The position numbers and the translations under genes are program-made. From Eledone cirrhosa (taxonomy: Eukaryota): a DNA stretch of 64,000 bases. The notes under the pieces were generated by a model that saw only the letters and a program-made list of their open reading frames with translations, had not been told where the DNA came from and did not search any database. Shown in pieces: positions 42,240 through 56,640 of this stretch. How positions within the stretch are numbered: position 1 is the stretch's first letter; the number at the start of each line of letters is the position of its first letter. The stretch spans positions 294,624,001 to 294,688,000 of the forward strand of contig OZ024743.1 in the NCBI GenBank assembly GCA_964016885.1. Direction: 5' to 3'.

Positions 42240-45200
42240 TTACAGACACATACTCAGAGTAGGTCCACTCACTCGGGCCATACTTGCTTCTCTCACCCAT
42301 CTTTCAACATAATGCTGGGAAGAGAGCACTTCCCTCTCTACCCTGATTTTCCTTTTCAAATGAAATTTGAAAAAGTTAATCAGGGCATCACCGAAGAGGT
42401 AAGTGCTCGTCTTCAGCCCTTTCAAACGTGTCCGCCATACTATCTCTTTTTCCATGGCCACCAGTGAGATAAACAATTGCCTGCCCTTCCCGGCTAAAGG
42501 AAGAGGGCGGAGCAATCCTCACGATGGACTCAGCTGATAGCTGGATCCGTCCTACACGAGACAGCAGGTGTTCGACATAAACCCACAAGTCAGCAATGCT
42601 CGGACACTGGACGAGTGCGTGCAGGACGGTTTAGTCGCCCTGCACGCATCTCGAACATGCCCGGTTGACGGCACCTTCATGCCTGTAGAGTTTATCCCGA
42701 ACTGGCAAAGCCCCTCGGTAGCACTGCCAGGCCAGGGATTTCTGGAAGTTGTCCATAGGCCTCGGCCCGAAAGTCCTTCCGAAGAGATTGGCTAGTTGAT
42801 TTTCGTCGACGCCTAGAGTTTCTCCAAGTACGTCGTCGCTCTTCCCCTCCACTAATCCTCTATAGAACGCCAAGGTGGAGTTTCTACCGATCACATTGCC
42901 CGATTGGTCGAGGGCTGTGAGCGCCTGAAGACATTCCAGTCTCCAAGCGCTCCCTCTCGGTCTTCGCTTGACACAGGACTGCAGCTCTGTCAAGGAGACG
43001 AGCTGGGGAAAGACGCGTCTTGCAAACGGCGACCACACCTGATCATAGTCGAGGAAGAGGTGGAGATTTCGTATCCTGAGCGCGTGTCTGCGCATCATCA
43101 GCGACGGCATGCCCAGCCCTCCACGTAGCGGGTGTTGACAATAGATGGACCGCTTGACCATCGGAGCGCGTCCCTTCCACAAAAATCGTAAGAGCAAACG
43201 TTCCAGCGCAGTCAGGCGGGGCTTAGGACAAGGTACGATGGTCAGGCGGTAGCAGATGACGGACGCGATGTACGCGTTAGCCACCTCCGCTCGACCTTTC
43301 AGGGATAGCTTCCTCTCGGCCCATTTCTGGGTGAGAGAAACCACGCTGCTCGTCACCACGTCCCAGTTTTTGTCCGTCTGGAGGTCCGGACCGAACCAGA
43401 CCCCTAGCAATTTAACCGGTCCGTCCGTCCAGCGCCCGACGACGCTGTTGGGCGGCATGGACCTGCATCTCCAGGTGCCGAGCTGCAGGCCCACTGACTT
43501 TTTCTGGTTGATCATTGTTCCTGTCACCGCTTCGTATTCTTTTAGTGTAGTGCCGATCGCATCGATGTGTTTGGCGTTCGATACCACTACGGTGACATCG
43601 TCCGCATATGCTGACACGGATCTTCTGCATCCTAGTTCGCGGGGGACCCCAGCCCCCACCCCCAACGTGACCAGTTTATGCAGTAATGGCTCGAGAGTCA
43701 ATACGTACAAGAGGGACGAGAGGGGACATCCTTGGCGGACCGAGCGCATGATGTTGAACGGTTCTGAAAGGTGACCGTTCACTCTCACCACAGAGCAGAT
43801 GTCGCCGTGCATGGCATCGATCCATCCTCTGAAGACGGGCCCAAAGCCAGCTGCCCTCAGGACTGCCGCTAGGTAACGATGGTCGCTCCTATCGAAAGCT
43901 TTCGACTGATCTAAATTGATCAAGGTCCCACCCGTGTCAGGTTCCTTAGCTACCCTCTCTACGATGTATCGCATGAGGTGGAGGTTGTCGTGGATGGATC
44001 TGTCGGGAATGGCGCACGTCAGCGCCTCTCCCACCAGACCACCAACGACAAGCGCCAACCTCTTTGCTAGCACCTTGGCCAAAATCTTGAACTCTGTGTT
44101 TAGCAGAGTTATGGGCCTAAAATTATCTATGTTATCCCCCTTGTTCGGATCCTTTCTCAGCAGCGCCACAGCTCCTCGGCTCACAGAGCTGGGAATTCTC
44201 CCGTTCTGTTGCCAGTTGCAGTAGACGTCTGCCAAGAAGCATCCGAACAAGTATGGCATATGTACGTAAAGTTCATAGGGCAGACCATCCAAACCAGGCG
44301 ATTTACCCCTTGTGTAGCCAGTCATTGCCTCCCGTACTTCAGCGGCTGTTATCGGCATTTCGCAACACTCCGCCTCAATGGACGAGAGCCGCGGCAGTCC
44401 GTCGAGGTAGACACTAAAGTCGATCCCTCGATTCGGCCCGCCGCTGCCCCCGAACAGCTGGACGAAGTGTCGCTGGAAAGCTTCTCACATTTGCCCGGGA
44501 TCGAGTAGCATTCGCCCGTCGTGGTCCACCAAAGACCGGATCGTGGCTTTGTTGCCACGACGCGCATCCGCCACTCGGGTCCATTGAGCGGCTTTGGTCC
44601 CCTCGTGTCTGAGAGCACGCACCTTAGCTCTGACAACGCAGCCTTCGTGCTTTGCATTGAAGAATTGGTCAAGGGCCAATTTCGCCGCAAGTACGTCGGT
44701 CGCATTGCTCCCTCTGCCCTATTTTTCTCTATTGCTAAATCCTTACTAAATCTAATGGACTCTATTCTAATTGCTATGTTCAGAGCAAACCACTTGTTGT
44801 TGACGATGACCCTCGTCAACGCCCGCTTAACTAGTTCGCTAATCCGGTCTCTGTAGGTCTTGCGCGCTGGTAAGGACGCGTTTAGCTTCCAGTAGCCGGG
44901 TCCTAGTCTATGAAGCCTATCTAAGTCAAGCACAGAGATCACGAATTTGTGGTCCGTGTAGCTGACTATCTTGAATTGTGGACAGCCTATGCTAGACCTA
45001 TCTATTTCCCTAGAAAATACCCTATCTATATATGATCTGGATGACCCTATGCGATTTGTCCAAGTCCACATTTGCACATTCGGGAAATCCAATCGGTACC
45101 TGTCAGACAGTTCAAAACGCCTGAGTATGTTGTGAAGACTCTTGCACCATCCTCCCCTATTCACTAATCCCACACAGTCCAAGCGTGCATCTAAGATCCC

Positions 45201-45630
45201 GTTCCAGTCGCCCACTAACACTAAAGAGCGGGACGTTCCAAGAAAGGTCTCCAGACGCCGGAAGAAATCAGGCCGCCCTGCTCCTGTCGGGGCATAGACG
45301 GCCACTAACCTGAAAGCTTGCCCGTCTCCGCTGGTCACGTTCAGCACCACTAACTTACCTTCTGGGTCCAGGAAGATGGCCCGTATGCAAGATCCAAACC
45401 TCTCCGAAAAAGCACAGTAACTCCTCCCCCCCGATCCCGGACGGCTGGGAGATGCGTACACATCGTAGCCGCCGAATATCGGTGCGAAGGCCCGTGCTTC
45501 GGAGATTCTGGTCTCGCTGATGGCCGCTACATCTATGTTTAGTGATCTGAGGTCGTTGTGCAAGTGGCCCTGCTTCCATGACGACCCCAAGCCACGCGCA
45601 TTTATGCTGCCTATTCTGAGTGTTGAAATG
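42240..45630 (-). pseudogene. Tx1 ORF2: APE endonuclease, RT and C-terminal zinc finger, frameshifted
   Basis: IGSINARGL, AISETR, VAVYAP, LVGDWN, SYIDRV, YTDHK, YWKLN; KSPGLDG, NFRPITLLN, LDQSKAFD, SVRQGCPLS, AYADD, KLLGV; CSRC...HALVQC. Confidence 0.93.
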
Positions 45631-45654
45631 GAGTGGAAAAGATGGGAAAACCAC

Positions 45655-47527
45655 TTATCTTACTTCTCGTAGAGGAAGGACGGTTTCTCCATCCTTTTCA
45701 CTGCTTGTGGCCTCCTCAGGAAGGATGTCCTTATAAATCCTCCTGGGGAGTGCTTGTCGGAAGTCTCCGATGTCTTTGGGGAATTTTTGTTTTAGTATCA
45801 TGTACGTTTTCTGTGTGATGCGAGTGATTTGTATGTGTGGAGATGGTGTGAACTTTTGGGTTGTTGTGTAGTCTTTTTCTGTGATGCTGGTGTTGTGTTG
45901 GATGTAGTGTAATAATTGGTTGTTGTTCAAATTTAATGCTGTGTAGTGTGTATGGTTTTGGTTCTTTGTCTTGTTTGCGTTTGTTGTGGGTTTGTTTCTG
46001 TTTCGCTTTTTGGTGACTTTTGTGGTGTAGGTGATAGTGGTGGTGGGGTTAATGATGGTGATGGTGTTGGTGTTTGGGGTGATGGGGTTGGTGATGCTGG
46101 TGTGGATGGTGGCATATCTGTCCTAACTTTTTTGTTTGATAGATTATTTGTTTCCCCCTGTATTTTGTTTTTGGAGGGGGAAGGGAGAGATTTTTTTCTT
46201 TTTTGGTTTCTCTTTTTTTCCTGTTACCGTTCCCACTCCTCGTCGTCACAATCTGTCTCCAATTGTGTTAGGCCGGGGAGTGGAAAATCCTCCACAGGCA
46301 TTAGTTTTGGTTGTGGCGTGGTGGATGGTGTATTGCGCTGATGCTAGTTCTGGCTCGTTGGGTGGTGCTGGTGTTGGTTTTGCTACTGTTGCTGGGGTTG
46401 TTGCTGTTACAGTTTCTTTTGTTGTTGCTGATACAGTTGTTGCTGCCATCTCTTCTGCTGGTGGTGTTGATGGTTGAGTCACTGGGGTGGGTAGGAGATG
46501 TGGCCTCAACCTTTTAGCCTGAGAGCAGAAAGCCCTTAGGTGGGTTCCTTCACCACAAACGACACACCTAAGCCTTCTACCGTCGACGATTACGGTGAGG
46601 TGGCTGCCCTCAGTGAGGTCTATTACCTCTGGGATCTCCTCAATGCTTCTTCGGTCCGCTTGGATCAGGAGCTCCATCCCAGGTCCGGACCAGATCTGCT
46701 TTTCTTTCGCTATTTCGATTATCTTTGTGTTGGCTTCGATGCCGGCGAGGACGGCAGCTATTAGCCAGGAAATTTCGATGGCCGGTGGAACGTGGGTGAC
46801 CCTGATCTTTACGAGTCTCTGGCCACAATAGCTTGGGACGAGTGTGAAGTCATCACTTCTTAATGGGACCATGGAGTGTTGTCTAGCCTCCTGTGGTGTT
46901 TCAAAGTACACGTCCACGGTTCCATATTTCTGCCCACGTCTGATGTGGGTTTTCTTTGGCCACACATGTCCCAAAGCTCTTTGGATTTGGCACTCGGATG
47001 CCCGTTCCACTCGGCGCGATTTTATATTAATTGTTCGATAAGACACGGTGCATAGGCGCCGATGCTCCATTTTATTAGGTGTGGGGTGGGGGTGAGGCTG
47101 ACCCTGTACCCATCTTTCTTTACCATTTTTTTGGCTTCTAATACCTCCTGAGTTACTTGAAATGCTACGCACTCTTTTGTTACTCTGGCAAAACTCAGCG
47201 TGGTTTTCTTAATGTCATTGTTGCTGTTGTTGTGGTGGTGGCGTCAATGGTGTTCGGTGTGGAAGAATTCATTTTGGTTGAATTCATTTCGATATCACGA
47301 GTTAATTTATCTTTTTCTTTTGTTTCTGTTATCGCGGTGGTGGTGGTGGTGGCGGCTTTAACACCTGCAGTCATTGGTAAAGGCGGGAAATGAATATCTG
47401 GCTGAGACAAATTTAAAATATTGCTACTGCTTATATGTTTAGTGTTGGCAAACGTAGTAATATTTACAATAGTGGTGTCGGTGTGAGGTGTTAGTTTATG
47501 AGGAAAGTGTGACTCTGAGTCAGTCAT
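45655..47527 (-). pseudogene. Tx1 ORF1 (RRM-like domain + CCHC knuckle), fragmented
   Basis: ORF 46246-47172 contains GTVDVYFETPQEA and CVVCGEGTHLRAFC, followed by a P/T-rich tail. It lies directly upstream of ORF2. Confidence 0.8.
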
Positions 47528-47744
47528 GATTTTTCAAAGAAATTTTATTTGTTTGATAATTATAAAAAAGTTTAAATTTGGGGCTCAAGGCCCCAATATT
47601 TTTGAGTGTCCTATTCAGAAATCAATGTATGTGCACTTATATACAGTTAACAATAACAATTTTCGATAATTGGCAATTTTAAACAACTGAAAATAACAAA
47701 CCTTTGCAGAGCTCACGATGATACGATTTACTACGTAGGTCGCC

Positions 47745-47779
<35 letters not shown>

Positions 47780-48981
47780 TTTCTTTATTGGCCACAAGGG
47801 CTGACATCAAGAAAAACATTACAGACGGCACAGGACGGTACAGGATTGTACGATGTGTGTTTTGTTCGTGTAAAGAATTTTTATTATTTATATAAGAAAA
47901 GAAAAAGAAAAAGACATAGAAACATATATATATATATAAACAATAAAAATGAAAATTCAAACAATGAAAAATTCCCCAATATGGGGGAGACATCTGAGGG
48001 TTACTCGTGGCGAAAACCACACAAAAGACCACGCCACCCTGACCAACAGGGCAAGCGCCCTCTCTCAATTTTTCCATTTCTCAAACTACAGGCGTATATT
48101 CAGAGCGGCCCCGTTTACCATTCTCGCTACATTCAGCCACCTTTCAACAAACTTGCTAGAAGGCAGCACTTGCCTCTCCACCCTGATTTTTCTCTTCAAG
48201 TGAAACTTGAGTAAGTTAATTAGGGATTCGCCGAAGAGGAAAGTGTCTGTCTTTAACCCTTTCAACCTTGTCCACCATACAATCTCTTTCGCCTTGGCCA
48301 CCAGGCAGATGAAAACCGCCTGCCCTTCCTCCTCGAAAGAAGACGGCGAGACCATCTGCACAATATACTCAGTTGATAACCGGATCAGTCCTACACGCGA
48401 CAGCAACTGTTCGACATATCTCCACAAGTCAGCAATGCTCGGGCACTGAACGAGTGCGTGCACGACGGTTTCGTCGCTCTGCGCGCATCTCGGACAGGCT
48501 CGGCTGACGGCACGTCCGTGCCTGTAGAGCTTATCTCGAACCGGCAACGCTCTCCGGTAGCACTGCCAGGCCAGGGATTTTTGGAAGTTATCCATAGGCC
48601 CTGGGCTGAAAGTTCTCCGGAAGAGAGCAAACAGCTGATCTTCTTCGACGCCCAGGATCTCTCCGAGAACGTCGTCGCTCTTCCCCTCCATTAGTCCTCT
48701 ATAGAACGCCGAGGTGGATGTTCCACCGATACTGGTGCCCAGCTGGCAGAGAGCGGTGAGCGCCTGGAGACATTCCAGTTTCCAAGCGCTATCCCTCGCT
48801 CTTTTCCTGACCCAGGACTGCAGCCCCGTCAAGGATACGAGCTGTGGGAAAACGTGCCTGGCGAACCGCGACCACACCTGTTCACTGTCAAGGAAGCACC
48901 AGAGATGTGGCAGCCTCAGCACATTGTTGTGCATCATCAGCCATGGCATGCCCAGTCCTCCACGCAACGGGTGTTGACAGC
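47745..48981 (-). mobile_element. 5'-truncated Tx1 copy flanked by (TAA)n
   Basis: ORF 48086-48981 is closely similar to the C-terminus of the 42240 ORF2 (CQHPLRGGLGMP...CPRCAQSDETVVHALVQC). (TAA)n at 47745-47777 and 48983-49000. Confidence 0.92.
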
Positions 48982-49000
48982 AAATAATAATAATAATAAT

Positions 49001-52000
49001 ACCTCCTCTGGCCCCATCTCTTCTCCAATTGTGGACCTGGATGGTCACTTGATCAAGGATTGCCCCAACTCGATCCATCCAGATCCACCACCCAAACCAC
49101 CTCAAAAAGAAAAACCTAAAAGGATGAAATGGACCCGAGAAGAGTATAAAGAAGTAATATATGCATATTACTATGCATTAGGTTAGCCATCACAAGACAG
49201 ACACACTTTAAACTCCTACAAAATCTGGAAAACTTTGAATCAAGCTAGCAGACGTGATATGGATGGAAATAAGTTGGCAAATGGATGGAGGTATATCTTC
49301 AGAAATAATAGACTCACAGACACTGAACTAACTGCGATCAAGCAGGCTGTGGAGAATGAAATAAATATAAATGATGAAAGAACTGAAGAATCTCCTGGAG
49401 ATAGTAATGAGTCATAAGTCTTTACTGAAAGACCTCCATCTGACTAAATCACAAATAGGTTTGTAGAAATGAGAAGCCCTATTGAACCCGCTGAAAATAG
49501 CCAGGAGAGGGACATAGAAACAGTAATTGGAAACCAAACATCTGCTGAAAAATACAGGGAGACTATAAAGCAAAAAATACTGAATGAACTAGCAGTAGTA
49601 AGACATTCCAGTATAAATGATAGAGAACCACTTCAAAAATTCACAAATACAATCCAAAATAGAAAACAAATAATGATTGATAATTCTGTGACAAAAGAAA
49701 TCATAGAAGAACTAGAACCTGATCTTATTGAGTTAAATGAAATCATTTATGCATCTGCTAGAGTAATTGAAACAAGTTGTTTACCACCAAAAAAACAAAA
49801 AGTCGAACCTTCGAGGTAAACCAATTTGGAGGAATAGAATCGAAATGATGAGTAATATCTTTATTGAGTGAGTTAACCGCTGGAAATGATATAAGATCCA
49901 AGAAGGTAAGAAAGCTAAAGAGAACATATGGACTGTCTTCTAGAGAAGCAATAGTTTCAACAAAAGAATCTCTGAAACAAAAAGTCCAAGTAAAAGCCCA
50001 ACGAATTCGTAGATTCGAGAAGCGTAACAACTTCTACAGGCAAAATAAGTTGTTCTCACCCAATGCCAAGTCATTTTATAGAGAAGTAGGGAAGAAAGAA
50101 ATAATTATTGAAGTCCATAGAAGAAGATGAACACTTCTGGAGTTATATTTGGAGTGATGAGAAGACATATAATGCTAATGTAGATTGGATTGATCGCCTG
50201 GAAAAATCCTACACAAATTTAGAAGAACAGGCGTGGGAAGTCATCTCTATAGCTGACTTAAGGACAGCCCTCAATAGATCTCATAAATGGTAATCTCCTG
50301 GTAGAGCCAGGGTGCCAAATTTCCTGCTTTCCTCAAGCTGTTTCATGGAATTTTGAAAGATCAAAAAAATACACCTGATTGGATAGCAAGTGGCATTACC
50401 TACCTTCTACCAAAGAACAACGAAACCAAAGATCCAAAAATCTATCGGCCCATAACATGCTTGTCCACCACCTGTAAACTATTAACCTCTATTCTCATGG
50501 AAAAAGCATACGTGTTTTTGGAGAAGAACATTCTTTCCCCATTGAACAAAAAGGCTGCCACCGAGGTTCATATGGTTGCAAAGATCGACCTTTGATTAAT
50601 CGCATGATCCTTGAGAACTGTCATAATAAACACAGAAATCTCAGTTCTGCATGGATCGATTATAAAAAAGCCTTTGACAGCATACCACACTGATGGATTC
50701 TGAAATCACTGGACATCTTCGAAATCTCACCTGTGATCCTGAAACACAATATGTTATTATGGAACACACATCTCTAATTGTCTCACACCACGGGGGTACT
50801 GTGCTCTAGGAATATAAACATCAACTGTGGTATATTCCAGGGTGACTCCCTTTCACCCTTGCTTTTCTGCATAGCTTTAATACCCCTTACATCCGAACTT
50901 AATAGAATAGGGTACGGTTATATAATTGACAACAACAAAAATAAACCACCTAATTTATATGGATGATTTGAAGCTATATTGCAAAGATAATGACGAACTG
51001 GAAGGCCTTTTGCGGACAGTAAAAACGTTTAGCGATGACATCAGGATGGAGTTTGGACTTGATAAAGTGTGCAAAAGCCACTTTCAAGACGGGGAAGCTT
51101 ATCAACTAAGACTCAGTTGAAATGGATGCTGAAACAATCATAAAGTAAGTTGAGCAGGAACAAACGTATAAATACTTAGGGATTAATGAGGGCTCGAGCA
51201 TACAGCATGCAAGTATGAAAGAGAAGATAAGAGAAGAATATTACAGGAGAGTACGTGCAGTTCTGAGATCAGAAACGTAAAAAGGTGCTAGCCATAAATT
51301 CCTTAGCAGTCCCAGTTGTCACTTATAGCTTCGGTGTGTTGAACTGGAATATGAGTGAAATCAAAGGAATCGACTCCAAAGTCCGTATGCTACTGTAATA
51401 GGATGCATCACCCAAAAGCAGACGTGGATCGTCTTTACCTTCCTAGAACTCAAGGAGACCGTGGCCTGATCCAATTTGAACTTGCTTACAAGACCACCAC
51501 CATTGGACTGGCCAAATACCTTGAAACAACTAACGACTGTATGCTGAAACTTGTTGAAAAGCATGAGAGAAGTAAGAAGCTTCATTCTATCTTGAAGGAG
51601 AGCAAAACATGTGCTACTGATCTCATTCTTGATCGCCAGGCTGGACAGACTAAAGAAACTGTTGCAACTGATGCTGCTAGGCACATAAAATCACTGGCAA
51701 AAGCAAAAGGGTAGGGACAATTAGCATCAAATTGGGAGCAGAACCCTCTGCATGGCAAATATGTGGCCCGTAGCAAACAAGCTGATGTTGACCAAAAGCA
51801 CACCCATCAGTGGCTACATAGTTCAGGGCTAAAGGCGGAGAGTGAAGGCTTCATCTTAGCTGCCCAAGATCAAAGCTTATTGACTCGTAATTACCAGTCC
51901 AATGTGATGAGAAACGGAATAAACACAAAGTGCCGATTCTGCAATGCTGCGGTTGAAATAGTGGATCACTTAAGTTCTGGATGTAAAGTTTTAGCACCAG

Positions 52001-52610
52001 TAGAATACAAATATAGACATGACAGATTTGGCCATTATCTACACTGGGTAATATGTCGGCATTACAAAATCAAAGCTGAAGACAAGTGGTACAATCATCA
52101 CCCTGATGCTGTAACTGAAGGAGAAAAAATAACAATTCTCTGGGACTTTCCTGTACATACTGACAGGACCATAAAAGCAAATAGACCTGACATATTGTAA
52201 AAGATCAACATAACAAGGTCTATTTATTGATAGATATGAGCATCCCATGTGATCACAATATCGCGGCAAAAGAATTTGACAAGCTACGAAAATATAAAGA
52301 TCTGCTTATCGAAACTGAGAAAATGTGGCGCCTCAAGACCGTTACAATACCAGTGATTGTGGGAGGACTGGAAATAATGAAGAAAGGAACAGAACAAAAT
52401 TGTTTTGACTGGTACTTCACATGTATTGAGAAGAACACTATCTCTGTAAGATTGATATCCTTCCTTGTATTTACATATGCATATCCACATGTGTATATAT
52501 GTATACTGTTTTTTGGTGGTTTTTCTTTTTTATAAATCAATGTGCTGTATTAACTGGCTTACCAATGCACACCAGGTATTTGCCCTGGGTATTTTGTCTT
52601 TTCCTGGGGA
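49001..52610 (+). mobile_element. R4/Dong-clade RLE retrotransposon, decayed
   Basis: Starts after (TAA)n. MKWTREEYKEVIYAYY; YRPITCL; WIDYKKAFDSIPH; GIFQGDSLSP; YMDDLKLY; CRFC...HLSSGC; RHD; NRPDIL; IDMSIP. ORF ends at about 52447. Confidence 0.9.
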
Positions 52611-54845
52611 TTAAGGAACCAGAAAAGATACCTTCATGGCTAGTTAATGGCATTACATTCCTATTTCCGAAGAATGATGAGACAAACAATCCCTAACATT
52701 ACAGACCGATAACTTGCTTGACCACAATGTAAGACATTTTAACATCAGTCCTAACTGAATATACTTATGATCACCTGATAACAAATGATCTATTTCCCAA
52801 TGAGCAGAAAGGGTGTAAACAAGGCTCATATGGCTGTAAAGTTAACAAAATGATACTGGAAGATTGTCATAATAGAGACAAAAAATCTATCAAATACTTG
52901 GATAGATTACAAAAAAGCATTCGATAGTTTGCCACACAGTTGGATTGAAAAATATTTACAGATTTTCGAAATATCTCCCATTTTCAGGAAGTTCCTGCAA
53001 TTCAGTATGAAGACACTCCTTTTGAATAGTGAAAAAAAATCACTTGAAGCTGAAAAAGTTACTACTAATTGTGAAATTGTTCAGGGTGACTCTTTATCAC
53101 CGCTTTTATTCTGCATCGCACTTATACCATTAAGTAAAATGATGAGCAATTGCAAGGGCTATTATTCACTGTGAAGCAATTCAGTGATGACATTAAAATG
53201 GAGTTTGGACTAGATAAATGAGCCAAAGCAACGTTCACCAGATGAAAGTTCAGACATTAATCTTGATCGGGGGAATGTGATAAGAGAACTTGATCAAGAA
53301 AAAACTTACAAATATCTACGTGTTTATGAAGGAGACGGAATGAATCAAGTACTCGATAATGAGGGAAAGGATAAGGAAGGAATGTTACCGCAGAGTAAGA
53401 GCAATCTTAAGAAACGGAATTGAATGCAAGGAGCAGGATCGATGCCATAAACACGCTTGCCATACCAGTAGTAACCTACAGTTACAATGTCATCAACTGG
53501 TCAAGAACAGAGATCCGTAGGCTCGATACAAAAATTAGAAAATTCTTAACCATGCACAGAATGCATCACCCTAAGATAGAATATATCTCCCTAGGAAAGA
53601 AGGAGGACGTGGGTTAATCCATTTAGATATTGCGTTGAAAACTGCAACAATTGGATTATCTACTTACCTAAGGGAATCACATGATTGGATGATCAAACTC
53701 GTTTTGAAACACGAAAGCATCAAAATATCATACTCCATTACAAAAGATGCACAAAGATACATTAATGAACTACAAATTTCAGAAGTTCCATTTACTGCTG
53801 AAATGAAAAACACAGAAAAAGCAAAGCAGGTAAAAGTAACTGCTAAGAAAGAACTGTTACAGAAACTGGCTAAGAAATGGCAAGAAAAGCCTCTGTATGG
53901 AAAATACCCAGAAAAAGCTAATAATCCTAATGTTGACAAAACTTTAACCCATCAGTGGTTGGCATCCTCTGGACTGAAATCGGAGACTAAAGGACTGATT
54001 ATATCAGCACAAGATCAGTGTCTGCCAACAAAAAATTATCAAGCCAACATAATAACAAATGGATGCAACCCATTATGCCGTGTATGTAAAAAAACAACCA
54101 GCGACCATTTATCATATAATTTCAATGTGCAGTCCTATAGCTCCAACCGAATACCTAATCAGGCACAAAAGAGCTGCACAATACATACATTGGATAATGT
54201 GTAAGCATTTTGACCTGCCCCATCAAAAGAATTGGTTAGAGCAACAACCACCTCCCGTACTTGAAAAAGATCACATCTCAATCTTGTGGAACTTTAGCAT
54301 CCAAACAGACCGAAAAATAGATGCAAATCGACCTGATATAATACTGAAAGACTTTAAAAAGAGGGTATGCCTGCTCTTTGATATGTCCGTTCCAATAGAC
54401 AAGAATGTATCTATAAAAAGATGTTAAAAATTGAGCAAGTATAAGGACCTGGAGATAGAAATTGGAAAAATGTGGAAATTGTGGAAATTGAGAACTAAAA
54501 CAATACCAGCGGTTGTAGGCGCTCTTGGAATCATATCTAAGGGGTCTAATGATTACTTATCGCAAATCCCAGGAAACCCGCGTATAGGAGAAATACAAAA
54601 GAGAGTACTAATGGGAACTGCCCATATACTAAGGAAGATTCTGTCAATATATGTACATCACAAGTCTAAACACCTAAAGATGCATGTGTGTGTATGTATG
54701 TTCTTTCTTGAACATGGTGAACCTTGTTGTCTCTTGAGGTCACTGGTTGTGACTTGGTGATAACTCGTATAAACATAAAGAAAGATAAATGAATCAGTAA
54801 TAATATTAATAGTAATGATAGTATTAATAATAATAGTATTAACAA
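52611..54845 (+). mobile_element. Second, 5'-truncated R4/Dong element in tandem, with TAA-rich tail
   Basis: IPSWLVNGITFLFPK, AFDSLPHSW, VQGDSLSP, WLASSGLKSET, CRVC, NRPDIILKD, FDMSVP, HILRKILS. TAA-rich tail at about 54797-54845. Confidence 0.9.
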
Positions 54846-56053
54846 CAAAATGATTGTTGTCACCGTTGAAGTCAATTTTAGTCAATTTTCATTTATATCA
54901 TCATAGTGGTCATTAGATTTCTATACGTACAGCGGTGATAGATTCAAAACGCTACTTCAATCACTCATTTGGGAATACATGTTAATATAATAAAACACGT
55001 GTATAAGATCCTCACAAAGTCTAACAAAACTTGTAAACATATATACTTATATTAGTAAGCAGAGTATATAAATATATAAATATATAAAGAATATGTGTAT
55101 GAATATTCGTATTTAATTTGTTATATCTTGTTTCCTTTCAGACAGTCCATTGACCAAGAGAAAACCCATTAATATCGTATCTCAATGACAACGCAATATT
55201 CAATTTTATTTCCAGCAGATGTGCTGACTATTAAACGATGACAATGCATATATACATAGATACATACTTATATACATACAATACGTAGTTATGTATATAC
55301 TGAGAGAGAGAGCGAGAGAGGGAGAGAGAGAGAGAGAAACATACACACACACTCACACACACAGAATCGCACACAGCCACACGAAAACCTACGCACATTT
55401 ACATACATACATAATTACACACACACACACAATTATATATATATATACACACATATGTATTAACATATGTATATACAACGAAGCACACATCAATTTGTAA
55501 GGAATTTTGTACTTGTTATATATTATCTTTCTTTCTTTTCTCTAAATATTCAATATTTCAGTGATGGCTGTTGAATTCTCTCAAAGGAACCGACATGATA
55601 AATTCTCATTGTCAGGGTACATACGAAAAAAGCCGTATTTGGTTTATGCACACGTACACTTACACATGCATATACATATTAGATATACATATATCAAGAG
55701 ACCAACCAACCATCTACATATATATGTACGCAATCACAAGCAAACATTCTAAGTTTGAGTGTGTGTCTGTGTCGGTATGTGTGTGTGTGTGTTTGTATGT
55801 ATCCCTATAAAAAGAATAGTATTCTCTCAAGACTATCAAAAGCCAGCAACGGTTTATGTAATGGATAGATAGCACAACATTACAAATGGTGTTATTACAA
55901 ATGTATTGCTTTCTAAAAACATGGAAAAGACGTATACATCAAGACAAAAATTGATTGTGAGGCGAATATTGAAGCCAATTATAAGTATATTATACCTTGG
56001 AGCCAATGCATTGCGATTCATATATTTGTACATAGACATGCGCACTCATGTAA

Positions 56054-56147
56054 TTATATATATATATATATAATATATATATATGAATAGATAGATAGAT
56101 AACTAGATAGATAGATATATATATTTATATATATATACATTTATATA

Positions 56148-56193
<46 letters not shown>

Positions 56194-56249
56194 AAAAAAA
56201 TATATATATATATATATATTATTTATATATATATATATATATGTGTGTG

Positions 56250-56323
<74 letters not shown>

Positions 56324-56496
56324 CACACACACACATACAAAAACCCTTGTCATCCAGTTTTTAATGCTTCACACTGTATATGGCCTTATAGTACATATTT
56401 CATTTCATAGCGCCTTATGAGACCGTTGCATAATCGTGTCTTTAATACAACATATCTGAAAGAAAATGTGTTAGGTTGTTTCCGCCCCATATATAC

Positions 56497-56570
<74 letters not shown>

Positions 56571-56640
56571 TACACTCTCTCTCTCTCAATCTATCTTCTT
56601 TTCACCACATACATATATATATATATGTATATATTCTGAA
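56054..56640. repeat. (TA)n-rich low-complexity cluster
   Basis: Direct inspection. Confidence 0.9.

Larger units (their letters stand above)
41970..47580 (-). mobile_element. Near full-length Tx1-clade (L1 group) LINE, inactive
   Basis: ORF1, then ORF2 (APE-RT-CCHC), then a 3' UTR ending cccttgtggttAATAAAgaaaac(att)n. The 5' boundary is approximate. Confidence 0.9.

Noticed and set aside
48086-49105. 339-aa ORF as a novel chimeric protein
   Set aside because: Chance read-through from antisense R4 sequence across (TAA)n into a truncated Tx1 ORF2.
49383-49410. CTGAAGA followed by a hairpin (similar cases near 19749, 30487, 30552 and 31354)
   Set aside because: No properly placed GAAA, stem III or stem I, so not called as hammerheads.
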